DNA from: Macrostomum lignano
Taxonomy: Eukaryota
Assembly: GCA_002269645.1 (NCBI GenBank)
Contig: NIVC01001499.1
Coordinates: 330,606-394,605 of the forward strand
Direction: 5' to 3'
Length of the DNA stretch: 64,000 bases
Positions within the stretch are counted from its first letter, which is position 1; each line of letters starts with the position of its first letter. The notes under the pieces are model-generated. The model had not been told where the DNA came from. It did no database searches and saw nothing but the letters and a program-made list of their open reading frames with translations. The position numbers were made by a program, and so were the translations under genes. Below, one piece after another: positions 1-11,864 of the stretch.

Positions 1-1775
1 AGGCAGACTCTCTAAGACACACACACGGACAGACACAATGACAGACAGGCAGACTCTCTAAGACACACACACGGACAGACACAATGACAGACAGGCAGAC
101 TCTCTAAGACACACACACGGACAGACACAATGACAGACAGGCAGACTCTCTAAGACAAACACATGGACAGACACAATGACAGGCAGGCAGACTCTCTAAG
201 ACAAACACATGGACAGACACAATGACAGGCAGGCAGACTCTCTAAGACACATGGGCAGACACAATGACAGACAGGCAGACTCTCTAAGACACACACATGG
301 ACAGACACAATGACAGACAGGCAGACTCTCTAAGACACACACACGGACAGACACAATGACAGACAGGCAGACTCTCTAAGACACACACATGGACAGACAC
401 AATGACAGACAGGCAGACTCTCTAAGACACACACACGGACAGACACAATGACAGACAGGCAGACTCTCTAAGACACACACACGGACAGACACAATGACAG
501 ACAGGCAGACTCTCTAAGACACACACACGGACAGACACAATGACAGACAGGCAGACTCTCTAAGACAAACACATGGACAGACACAATGACAGGCAGGCAG
601 ACTCTCTAAGACAAACACATGGACAGACACAATGACAGGCAGGCAGACTCTCTAAGACAAACACATGGACAGACACAATGACAGACAGGCAGACTCTCTA
701 AGACACATGGGCAGACACAGTGACAGACAGGCAGACTCTCTAAGACACACACATGGACAGACACAATGACAGACAGGCAGACTCTCTAAGACACATGGAC
801 AGACACAATGACAGACAGGCAGACTCTCTAAGACACATGGACAGACACAATGACAGACAGGCAGACTCTCTAAGACACATGGACAGACACAATGACAGAC
901 AGGCAGACTCTCTAAGACAAACACATGGACAGACACAATGACAGGCAGGCAGACTCTCTAAGACAAACACATGGACAGACACAATGACAGGCAGGCAGAC
1001 TCTCTAAGACAAACACATGGACAGACACAATGACAGACAGGCAGACTCTCTAAGACACACACACGGACAGACACAATGACAGGCAGGCAGACTCTCTAAG
1101 ACACACACATGGACAGACACAATGACAGACAGGCAGACTCTCTAAGACACATGGGCAGACACAGTGACAGACAGGCAGACTCTCTAAGACACACACATGG
1201 ACAGACACAATGACAGACAGGCAGACTCTCTAAGACACATGGGCAGACACAGTGACAGACAGGCAGACTCTCTAAGACACACACATGGACAGACACAATG
1301 ACAGACAGGCAGACTCTCTAAGACACATGGACAGACACAATGACAGACAGGCAGACTCTCTAAGACACATGGACAGACACAATGACAGACAGGCAGACTC
1401 TCTAAGACACATGGACAGACACAATGACAGACAGGCAGACTCTCTAAGACACATGGACAGACACAATGACAGACAGGCAGACTCTCTAAGACACACACAT
1501 GGACAGACACAGTGACAGACAGGCAGACTCTCTAAGACAAACACATGGACAGACACAATGACAGACAGGCAGACTCTCTAAGACACATGGACAGACACAA
1601 TGACAGACAGGCAGACTCTCTAAGACACACACATGGACAGACACAGTGACAGACAGACAGACTCTCTAAGACACATGGACGGACACAATGACAGACAGGC
1701 AGACTCTCTAAGACACATGGACAGACACAATGACAGACAGGCAGACTCTCTAAGACACATGGGCAGACACAATCA
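1..1775. repeat. Minisatellite, 42-46 bp unit (GACAGACAGGCAGACTCTCTAAGACACACACATGGACAGACACAAT), runs off left edge
   Basis: Direct tandem periodicity (AGGCAGACTC at 1 and 47); the ORFs at 652-1875 are translations of the repeat. Confidence 0.97.
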
Positions 1776-2420
1776 CAGACAATCTGCATTTCTGCAATTC
1801 TCACCAAACCATCCAATGGCTGCTTATATTGACAGTACATGTAACCGCATCAAACGCGTTAAATGGAGTTTATAGGCAACACCAACTAAGTATTTAAAAC
1901 AGGCGAGCTATATGCTAAATTCAGACTTGGCTATAATTCAGTCAGTATTGCATCATTATAATAGCAACTTTTTACTCGAGATTCTGACTAGATTTTCTCT
2001 AACAGATTCTGAGTACCCATTATCTTGAAAACATTATTGTCCAGTCCAACACAGAAAATATGCTCATTTAAACACCTTTTTCCTACATGCAATGGTTTAT
2101 TGTGATTCAAAGAGCAAGAAAACATATCATTGACTTGAATCAATTACCCTCTCATCTCCGTTGCTTTTCCTGTATAATTAAGTACCTATAAAAATGAAAA
2201 CAATTTTAATAACGAATGAAATTTGACACTTTAGCTTTTAATTGTAGCTCATATCGTAGTATGTTTAATTGTTTTTGTTTTATTCTGCGATTAGATGCAT
2301 TATTATTATGCTTAGATAAATTTATAACCGGCTGCTAATTAAGTTGAAATTAGTTTGTAGCCTATTATAATATTTAATTTGTTTCATAACTGTTTTTTGC
2401 TCCTGCTGACATGTTTTCAG

Positions 2421-2579
2421 CAAGCTTCTCCGGTTGCGCCGTGGACACCTGAAATGGAAAAACGTGCCACACTCGAATTTCTTAGAAACGTGCCAGAGCT
2501 TATTAAGGAACGTCATATTTGTCGTCGTGTCGCCAGTGCATTCAATATGCTCCAAGAGCTGAATGGGGTTTTAGCATAG
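2421..2579 (+). CDS. Possible terminal coding exon of an upstream gene (QASPVAPWTPEMEKRATLEF...NGVLA*), product unknown
   Basis: TTTTCAG acceptor at 2414-2420 in phase 0 with the 2379-2579 ORF; protein-like composition; no family recognised. Confidence 0.3.
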   Translation, partial: QASPVAPWTPEMEKRATLEFLRNVPELIKERHICRRVASAFNMLQELNGVLA

Positions 2580-3065
2580 ACAAATTCAGGGTGAAAAAAG
2601 TGCTTATAGCGTTGATCCAGATAGGAGAGGTAGAGAAGTGGAGATCAGTGAAGAGATATGGGATGAGAGAAGAGAAAAGAGAGAAGAGAAAAGAGAGAAG
2701 AGGGGAAAGAAAAGAGAATTAGAGGGGGCCGGATTGCTATTGTGAAGTTTCTAAGGACCCGAGGGCCGGATAGAGAGGCTTTTGCGGGCCGGATCGTTGG
2801 CAACTATATAAATGCCTTACCAGCCTCTTGCTCATTTTTTAAGAAATCGAATGTTCAGCGTCCTACTACTTCCGTTGTTCACGGTTTGCGCCCATTCGAC
2901 TAAGCTATCGACCAGCGAAATATATATGACCTGTATTGATTTGTTTGATGACTAAAATTTCCATATTTCTTGGTGTTTAATCTCTTGAAACTTCATTAAC
3001 AGTGACAATGACAAGCCGCTTTTTAGACTTGGTGAGTATGTCCAGAGGTTCACCAGATTGCCGTG

Positions 3066-3225
3066 GGAATAGATTATTATGGGAATAGATTGTCATGGGA
3101 ATAGATTGTCATGAGAATAGATTTTCATAAGAATAGATTGTCATTGGAATAGATTGTCATGGGAATAGACTGTCATGGGAATAGATTGTCATGGGAATAG
3201 ATTGTCATGGGGAATAAATTTTCAT
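3066..3225. repeat. Short tandem repeat, 16-bp unit GGGAATAGATTGTCAT, ~10 copies
   Basis: Direct periodicity. Confidence 0.9.
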
Positions 3226-3711
3226 GGGATTTACAGGGATTTACATGGGATTTACAGTACAGGTGCTGTCTCTCTTTTAAAGCAACGATATGCCTATTTT
3301 CAAGGAATAAATCTCCAGTGCTATTGCTGGAGTCGAATGCGGTTTTCTACCGATAAAATTTACAAAGTTTCCAAAGGTTTTCCGTCAGTTTGCAGCGTAG
3401 CCTATAGATCAGAGCGTAGAGTAGTGTCCTGAATGGTAGTCAATTGAAATAGTAACCCTTTTAAGTCGTTTGAAATAAATGTTGTTGCACTTCCAGTCCA
3501 AATGCTAATAATTAGAAGTCCATGAGCTGTAGGCTTGAAAGCCCTATTCATGTATTATAGTCTATGGTAGTTTAAACAATTACCAAACTTTAAAATACAG
3601 TTATTTAATGCGCATGAAAGCCCTGTGAAAGCTTTATTTTGCTGTTTTGCTTGAGCTAATTTAGAAGCACTTCATCACAAGATAATTAACTAGCCGGTTA
3701 CCAGAGCAACA

Positions 3712-4814
3712 ATGAGCTTTCATCAGTACCCGAGCGGCCTAAGACAGAGGCGCAGTGTCCAACCAATGCCATCCGACACAGCCGAGTTCACTGGCAATCA
3801 TAATAGCATTGACGAGCGCACAATACTGAAGCTATTCGGCAGACCGACTTTGTCCAGCTGTATGTATCGGGCTAGCGACTTTTTGAGCTTCCTGTACCAG
3901 TGCCTGACCAGCATTGGACCCAAGCTGTTTATTGTGATTGCATTTCCAGCTGCAATTGTCTTCTTTGTCGCGTACGCTACTGAAAGATTCAACGCACTGA
4001 TGGGCACTGACAAGCCAAACAATCAAAAAGTGTTGCAATTCAACTTTATTGTCATCTGCAGCTGTTACTCGCTCATCTTCTTCGTTGTGGCCGTGGACTA
4101 TTTTAAGATTCTTAGTATTTCTCGAACCGCCATCGAGATCCGGAGGCAGCATCACAGCCAGCAGAAGGCCATTGCGGCGGAGACCGTTTCCGAGAGCCGG
4201 CACAAGATCACAACGCAGGAGTTGCATAAAATAGCAGTGCATGGTCAAATTGTCAATGAAACACCAGAATTAAACGATGGAGATGCAGAAGAGCCGAATT
4301 ATGCTACTTCAAGTAGGCTGACTGTTGATAGAGAAGCGGAATTGCAAAGCAATTCAGCCGTGCAGCCTAGCTCTGAGCAGCGGTCTAACAGTGAGGAATT
4401 GTCCACCTGGTGGGGTTCCTACTCTATACTCAGGCTGAATCTGCACTGCTTCATCTATCAGATTAAAAGTACATTCAAGCTGATGCTCAGTCCAAACAGG
4501 CAGAGAAAAAACAGTCACAGGCGCCGCCGAACTCACGGACTGAACCATTACCTGCTGCAGCTGGTCAAGGGCAACTTCGCAAGGCTATCGATCGGCCTCA
4601 TACTGCTCGTCATCGCGAGTTGTACTCTGGTTGGCTTAAAAAAATTTCACAACCGGCCGGCAAAGTCGCAGCGTTCCGATTGGCTGATTAAAAGAGCATG
4701 GTGGAACGGCTCACTGGCTGGGTACCTGACGCTGCACTTTGTCATGCTGATTGCCGTGGCAGCTGTTGTCTCAAAAACTCCATCGAAGATTAATATACTC
4801 CGGATTATTAGCAG
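3712..4814 (+). CDS. Exon 1 of an uncharacterised multi-pass membrane protein (~813 aa when joined to 5181-5703 and 6317-7132)
   Basis: ATG-initiated long ORF with several hydrophobic helices; phase-2 donor AG|GTTAAT at 4815 fits the phase-2 acceptor at 5180. Confidence 0.65.
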
Positions 4815-5180
4815 GTTAATAATAATATTATTATTCCCAGGAGCTATAGGGTTGCGGGGCACCCTGACGCAACGCCTTCGGCGACATCGGTCCCACAGCC
4901 AGCGCTGACGGCAATTCTGCCCATTCCACTGACTCCTGAGCACATGCAAGCGCGCCAACACTGTACTCAGAGTACGCACTCATTCACACGCTCACACAGG
5001 GTGTATAGCGGCCCATTGACTTTCTAATCGTCAAACATGTACACTCTCTGTGCTTTAGGGATTGGTCCTCATGGGTGTGGATCGTACGACAACCCCTTGG
5101 CCAGTGTCGTGACGTGACGTGCGTCGCCAGAGAGTCAGACGTATTTACCACTGAGCTGCTCCATCCACTCTGCATTACAG

Positions 5181-5703
5181 GTGGCTACTGGCTCTGGTAG
5201 CATGCATCACTATAAAACTGGCTGTACTACCGGAAATGCACCCGGTGCCAAAGTGTACCTCGGTGGAAAAAGTTGACAATGGATTTTTTGCCGTGTTTAC
5301 CGACTTGGAGACCTACATTGACACTCCGATAATCAACTCTATCGGCGTTTCGAGGCCTAAGGTGCTTTTTCTACTAGGCAGTTTAGTGACAGCCATCACC
5401 GCGGCATTCCTGTACCAGCTGACTGTTCTGCAGATGGCAATCGGCAGTGTTGGTACAACATTTGAGTTTCTACTGGGCGTGAGTCCTATTGAAGGAGCTG
5501 CGTTATTGCTGAATCTCTTTGCTACTCAGACAAATTTTCTACTGTTGTTTATGCCTTTTCTGGCCAAGATGAGCGAGTCGGAGCTGTTCTGCATTCTGGT
5601 TCTCATGCTGGTGAAAACACCTAGCGAAGATGACGAGTACTGGACTTACAAGGGCGCCTCTATGTCTGTTGAAAATCCTTCATACTTCAATAGGAAAGTA
5701 CAC
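5181..5703 (+). CDS. Exon 2 of the uncharacterised membrane protein
   Basis: Acceptor TGCATTACAG|G; frame is open upstream of the ORF-track ATG (WLLALVACITIKLAVLPEMHP...); donor CAC|GTAAGC at 5704, phase 0. Confidence 0.7.
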
Positions 5704-5754
5704 GTAAGCTGATTCAGTAAAGCATCATTTTATGGGGATTCGAAAATCAAGGGA

Positions 5755-6275
5755 AAGTGGAGAGGCAGATTCAACGACTCGGAGAGAACAGAGAAGCTAG
5801 ATTTAAGAACTAGGAGAGAACGGAGAGGCAGATTTGAGGACTAGGAGAGAACGGAGAGGCAGTTTCAACGACTAGGAGGGAGTTGAGAGGCAGATTCAAC
5901 GACTAGGAGGGAGTGGAGACTGGAGAGGCAGATTCAACGACTAGGAGGGAGTGGAGACTGGAGAGGCAGATTCAACGACTAGGAGGGAGTGGAGAGGCAG
6001 ATTCAACGACAACGAAAGAGAACGGAGAGGCAGTTTCAACGACTAGGAGTGGAGAGGCAGTTTCAACGACTAGGAGGGAGTGGAGACTGGAGAGGCAGTT
6101 TCAACGACTAGGAGTGGAGAGGCAGTTTCAACGACTAGGAGTGGAGAGGCAGTTTCAACGACTAGGAGGGAGTGGAGAGGCAGTTTCAACGACTAGGAGT
6201 GGAGAGGCAGTTTCAACGACTAGGAGGGAGTGGAGAGGCAGTTTCAACGACTAGGAGAGAGTGGAGAAGCAGATT
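5755..6275. repeat. Intronic minisatellite, 27-37 bp unit (GGAGAGGCAGTTTCAACGACTAGGAGGGAGT)
   Basis: Direct periodicity; fills intron 5704-6316. Confidence 0.93.
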
Positions 6276-6316
6276 CAACTAACCTAATGAAGACAGCAAC
6301 CAATGTCAACTCTCAG

Positions 6317-7132
6317 GTAACAACCCAGTCCACCTATACGCCTCAACGCCTTGCCGTGCGCAGTCTGCTAATATTTCCGTTAATAACTCTATTCTGCCGA
6401 GTGCTATACCCGTCCGGAGGCAAGATCAGCGCGCGTTCGTCGCAATTTCGCCAACTGAGCTCTATGAAAGATAGTCGACCGTTTGCATCGATGGGCGAGA
6501 GCCTCTTATTCTTTGTCTCGTACTGTCTGAGATCTCTATGCCGCTATTTCGTCATGATTATGTTCTTCCACTGCGTCGAATATTTATTCCGTTTTGTTGG
6601 CAATTCTATCGACTTCGAAATTGGATATAGGAACAAAACCGAATCGGCTGTTCTAGAGCTAAGCGGTGCGTTTATATCGCCGCTAACAGACTTGACCGAA
6701 TTCTACCCGTCGAAAGGCTACAGGCTCAGCGGTTACATTGTTAGAAAGTTCTTCTATCCGAAGACTTCGTTTCAAAGCATATTCGTGCTGGACGACTATT
6801 TAAGAATGAACCGACTGCCAGATCCCTACCTGGACGAATATCACGAGTTAAGCGCGCCGATAAAAGAGATTGTAGTGTCCGGCTCGTTCAGTTGGGACAC
6901 TATTATCATATTCGTAGCATTTACCACAGATTTTTTAACCAAAGATCGCAAGACTTCCATTGGTTTCATAATCAGAGGCTGCTTAACCGCCGTGTTAATC
7001 TATGCTGCTATGCAAAATCTTCTCTATTTGACCTGCGACGATGCCAGTCTAAAGAAGCTCTACAATATCAGTAGCGAGTGGATTAAAACAATTGATAGGT
7101 CTGCAAGTTTACCCATTCGCGAGTGTTCATAG
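6317..7132 (+). CDS. Exon 3 (terminal) of the uncharacterised membrane protein
   Basis: Branch-like CTAAC/CTAAT at ~6278-6288, acceptor CTCTCAG|GTA at 6316, phase 0 with the 6230-7132 ORF; hydrophobic segments. Confidence 0.7.
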   Translation, partial: VTTQSTYTPQRLAVRSLLIFPLITLFCRVLYPSGGKISARSSQFRQLSSMKDSRPFASMGESLLFFVSYCLRSLCRYFVMIMFFHCVEYLFRFVGNSIDFEIGYRNKTESAVLELSGAFISPLTDLTEFYPSKGYRLSGYIVRKFFYPKTSFQSIFVLDDYLRMNRLPDPYLDEYHELSAPIKEIVVSGSFSWDTIIIFVAFTTDFLTKDRKTSIGFIIRGCLTAVLIYAAMQNLLYLTCDDASLKKLYNISSEWIKTIDRSASLPIRECS

Positions 7133-8616
7133 GATGCCTTTGTGAACTGTTACAGAAAAATCTTATAATTTGTTATTACGACAGTTGTGCCTGTTTCTGA
7201 TGAGTTAATAAGACTATATGGTTTTAAAACTTTATTTGAAGAGACTGTTAACTTACTTTCCTGGTTATAGAACCTTTGCAAAAGACTTATTTCACGGGGC
7301 GCGAAAGTTTTTCTCTAGAATTTTAGGGGTTTACCAAGGTAACTTTCTTGAGTTCAATTCACGATAATTTATATCGCGTAAAGGGCGACTTGTCGAAACG
7401 AATGAATGATTTTTGTCGATTTATGACAATCTATATAACTAGGCAAGTATAATAAGTGAAATAAAGAGCTAAAAAGAAGTCAATAATCAAAACTTTATGC
7501 AGTTATCTGTGAAGTTGGACAATGAGAACAACTTTTATATGCCAGATATTTATTTATAACAGAAGACAATTGCCGACTGGCATTCTATACAGTCTAGTGC
7601 TTTCTCGATAAAAATTTCATATTTGAGAACTATGAATATTATGTCAGAGAAGCAAGAATGTTTGACAAAAAATTAATTTAATTATGTGGAGTCTAAATAA
7701 ACAACAAATTAAAAAAAACAGGTCTCAACAAAAAGCACACAAATGCTCTGTGCAGACTCGATTTCTACAAGGCGTTGTGTGGCAATTTAAGATTCTGTAC
7801 TTTAAATAAATCAGATTCTGCTGCAGTCTGCGACAATCAAAAGTACATGAGGGACTTTTTGTATTGTACTCGTAATAATATTAAAAAATCACAGGTGAAT
7901 CGATTACTTTATTTATTACCAGTAGTGATGAAATTCCGACTGAATGAATTTGAACATTGTTTTACAAAAATCTATTTTTAAAGAAAATGTTTTTGAGAAT
8001 ACAGAGATGAACTTTCTGGTGCAATGCATTTCTTGGACATTCAATTACAAATAAAGAATATACATTTAATGTAGCACAAGACAAGATCCGGGAAGGCACA
8101 CTGTGAATTGCGCTGCACGACAAAGTGACACCCGACATTCAATTCAGATTTTAGTTGACAACTAAAATGTTGTTTATGTTTTATAAGTTGATTTAAGTTG
8201 ATTTATAAACAGAGATAAGTACATTTTGATACTGTCACACGATCACAGCCGAAATAGAAATCGAAATATTTAGTATACAATACAAATTAGAATTAAATAC
8301 ATTTTAATAGGTTGCACGCAAAGCACAATTAATTGTTTACGCATATTTTCTTAGCACATAAAGAAAGGTAAGTGCAATTTATTTCATTGCAAATTATATT
8401 TCATACTACAATAAAATTTTAAAAAAATTACATATACATAAATTATGTAATAAGTGCAGACAAGTGTGTGTTTAAGCCGTTTATCAAAAATATGGATTTA
8501 AATTTAAGTAAGCATCGACGAAATCAATTATGAGCACGCAAATGTTAATAATTAAAAGATCAATATTTTACCTTTTTCATTCTATTGAACTGTTCCGAGA
8601 TTATTTGATTTTTTTG

Positions 8617-9337
8617 CGCAAAGACAACTAAAGCAACGTATATACAGGACGCGACACTCACGTTTCATGGAAAAAGTTTTGAAAGCCAATATTCGCAGAA
8701 AATACACTACAGAGATAGGAAGTTTTTATGTTTTGCATATTAAAACTGTTATTGCTTTCGATAGGAGGCAGACCCAATGTTCATCTTTTAATATGTTGTG
8801 CATTTTTATAGCTCTATTGATACTCATAAAGCTTCTCATCCAGAAAATTAGGGTTCTATGTTAATTTCTGATTCTACGTACATTTCCTGTACCTAAAATC
8901 ATAAAAATACACGGCACAGCTCCAATCTATGGTTTTATGAATCTATTTTATCAACTCTGTCACACATTGTTACACAGTCAGCTGAGAATGACAAAATAGA
9001 CTCATAAAACCAATGAGCCGATTCGTGCCATTTTTTATGGTTTTTAGGCGCAGGACATGCAATTGTATATAGATCAATAAGAAATTAACTCAGAATCCCA
9101 ATTTTCTAAACGAAAAGCCCCATGAATATCAATAGAGCTATAAGGAAGGCACAACTAACATATAAAAGATGAACACTGTGTCTGCCTCCTATCGAAAGCA
9201 ATAACAATTTTTGTGATGAAAGACGCGAAAAGTTTCTATCTCCGTAGTGTATTTTTCGGCGAAAAGTGGCCCTCAAAACGTTTTCCTTTATATTTAGAGT
9301 GTTGCGTCCTTTTAATTTAGAAGTCCTTGTTTTTGCG
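8617..9337. mobile_element. ~720-bp imperfect palindrome (fold-back/MITE-like element), centre ~8975
   Basis: Arms are reverse complements, e.g. AAATACACTACAGAGATAG / CTATCTCCGTAGTGTATTT, ATTGCTTTCGATAGGAGGCAGAC / GTCTGCCTCCTATCGAAAGCAAT, TATAGCTCTATTGATA / TATCAATAGAGCTATA. Confidence 0.75.
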
Positions 9338-9524
9338 ATTTTGATTTTTTTTCCAAATGTTAAGACATTTTCCAGCACAGTAATTCAATGATAAATATCG
9401 TGAAGATGGATTTTGTCAGAGATTCTTTAAAACTTTAGAATCCTCGAACCGCAACAGCAGAAGCAGCAAGCGGTTTAAATTGGCTACAATTAAAGAAGAG
9501 AAACGCTACGCACAATCAGCGCAT

Positions 9525-10487
9525 TTAAGAGGACAGCGACACCCGATCGCTATTCAAGTCCTGGACGCATTGGTCAAACAGTTCGGCAAATTCCAGCCGG
9601 TCGCTCCGATTCACAAGCTGCATAGAGACAGCTTTGACATTGTCGAATAATGACTCAATATCCAAGTCTGGCAGCGGATTCTTCAACAGCTCCATCATCT
9701 GGCTATAGTCCATGGTTAATAATTGGCTCTCATACAGTCGCAGGATGCCTAGAGATGCTCGATAGAGGAACGCATCTCCGTCGTGAACGAACATATCCCA
9801 GATGCGGCAGGCAACATCGTATTGCAGATTCTTAGCGAAGATGGTGAACACCCAGTCTGTTAGAATCGGCCGCATATGGAACTCGTGCAATTCGAAGTGT
9901 TTAGCTAATCTGGGCAGATTCTCGCATAGCAACGCTTCGAATGTCAGCTCGTAGGCTCGCATGCAGCGCTCATCGAATCGATAGTGAGCCCGCAGGCAGG
10001 GCCGGCTTAAAAGATTAGCAAACGACACGAATGCGTGATAATCCGAGGAGCAGTTTAGCAGCAGCACGGCGCAGATAAACGACATGCCTTGGACGTAGCC
10101 AGTGTCCGGGGAGAAGCTGGCGTAAGCCGCTAATAAATCAAACAGCCTGTCGTGATAAGGCCCGCCGCGTTGAAACAGTTTAATGTCCGGCAGGGTCCGA
10201 CTGACATCTAATGAGATCAGCTTCAATGAGTTCATCTCTGCCGTCCGTTCGACAATATCTGTTGAGTTAGCGGAACTGCTAGCTGAGGACGGCTTCAACT
10301 GCTGTTTCTCAGCCATATCTCTGGCTCGGCTAACGTGTATGTCGAACAATTCCTCAGTGATTCGAAGTTCGTTGCCTAATAGACGGAACCAGACCTGCGG
10401 TCGGGCGTTGCTAGGCACGCCGTGCCAGCAAAGGTCGCGAAATTTTTTCGCCTCCCGACTAGTGAACTCTTGCCAGTTGGGAAGGAC
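9525..10487 (-). CDS. TBC1D14: TBC1D12/14-like Rab GTPase-activating protein, exon 3 (TBC domain, terminal)
   Basis: Acceptor CCCCGCAG|GTC at 10488; VLPNWQ...WHGVPSNARPQVW; catalytic IxxDxxR (ISLDVSRT) and YxQ (GYVQGMS) fingers; paralog 12 vs 14 cannot be resolved. Confidence 0.92.
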   Translation of the reverse strand, partial: VLPNWQEFTSREAKKFRDLCWHGVPSNARPQVWFRLLGNELRITEELFDIHVSRARDMAEKQQLKPSSASSSANSTDIVERTAEMNSLKLISLDVSRTLPDIKLFQRGGPYHDRLFDLLAAYASFSPDTGYVQGMSFICAVLLLNCSSDYHAFVSFANLLSRPCLRAHYRFDERCMRAYELTFEALLCENLPRLAKHFELHEFHMRPILTDWVFTIFAKNLQYDVACRIWDMFVHDGDAFLYRASLGILRLYESQLLTMDYSQMMELLKNPLPDLDIESLFDNVKAVSMQLVNRSDRLEFAELFDQCVQDLNSDRVSLSS

Positions 10488-10574
10488 CTGCGGGGTTTTG
10501 CGTTATCGATACTAGTTTAAAAACTGCTGATCGATATTAGAAATCAGTTATCATTAGCAAAAATCATTTATCCA

Positions 10575-11330
10575 TATCTGTAACTGATTATCGATATCTA
10601 TAAGTGATCATCGATATCTATAACTGATTATCGATATCTATAACTGATTATCGATATCTATAAGTGATCATCGATATCTATAACTGATTATCTATATCTA
10701 TAACTGATTATCGATATCTATAAGTGATAACTGAAATCTATAACTTAAGATCGATAACTATAACTGATTATCGATATCTATAACTGATTATCGATATCTA
10801 TAACTGATTATTGATATCTATATTTACAATTGAATATCAATATCTATAACTGATTATCGATATTTATAACTGATTATCGATATCTATAAGTGATCATCGA
10901 TATCTATAACTGATTATCGATATCTATAACTGATTATCGATATCTATAACTGATTATTGATATCTATATTTACAATTGAATATCAATATCTATAACTGAT
11001 TATCGATATTTATAACTGATTATCGATATCTATAAGTGATCATCGATATCTATAACTGATTATCGATATCTACATTTACAATTGAACATCGATATCTATA
11101 ACTGATTATCGATATTTATAACTGATTATCGATATCTATAAGTGATCATCGATATCTATAACTGATTATCGATATCTATATTTAAAATTGAACATCGATA
11201 TCTATAACTGATTATCGATATTTATAACAAATTACTAATATCTATAACTGATTATAGATATCCATAACTGATTATAGATATCCATAACTGATTATCATAT
11301 CTACAACTGATTATCGATAATTAATTCTAA
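10575..11330. repeat. Intronic minisatellite, 20-bp unit TATCGATATCTATAACTGAT with palindromic ATCGAT/GATATC core
   Basis: Direct periodicity. Confidence 0.95.
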
Positions 11331-11864
11331 ATATCTAGAACTAGTTATCGATATCGGAACCAATATTAGCAAATACCGATGCTCTATTAAAATTATGTAT
11401 CTTATGTCATACTTATAGCTCAAAAAGCGTTTATCTAGATATTGCCACAGAGAAGGTCAATTACAAAGTATTTGACACTTGGACACAGCTGCGCAATAAA
11501 AAGTACACGCGAGCCTACAGTATGTACCGAGATAGCGCTTGCATGGCGCTTGAGTACTGCACTAGCATGCCTATGAACTTTTCTAGATATTGGCCATATC
11601 AGCTGGTATGATGGTCTACTTTAATCGGTAATTTTGAGGCCACATTCTCAAGAGAACTACAATAGAAGCAGAAAAATTTTCACACACTCTTAAGGCATGA
11701 AAAATATGGGGCGAGAGAGATACGTAGGAGATTAAAATAGCGAGTTTAAATAAGGTAAAGACAGGAGGCAGGTAACTGCGGGTTTATTAAAATAACCAAC
11801 GCATGGATACTAATGAACCAACAAAGGGAAAGTGTGCTCAAACAAACGCTGGATGAGAATGGAA

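Noticed and set aside
652-1875. Cys-rich and other periodic ORFs (also 5913-6254, 14711-14935, 23684-24090, 26499-27159, 30855-31372, 38150-38461)
   Set aside because: They are translations of minisatellites in introns or intergenic DNA; no unique coding context
2740-2810. GGGCCGGAT-rich stretch resembling a hAT/MITE subterminal region
   Set aside because: Too short and degenerate; no partner TIR or TSD found
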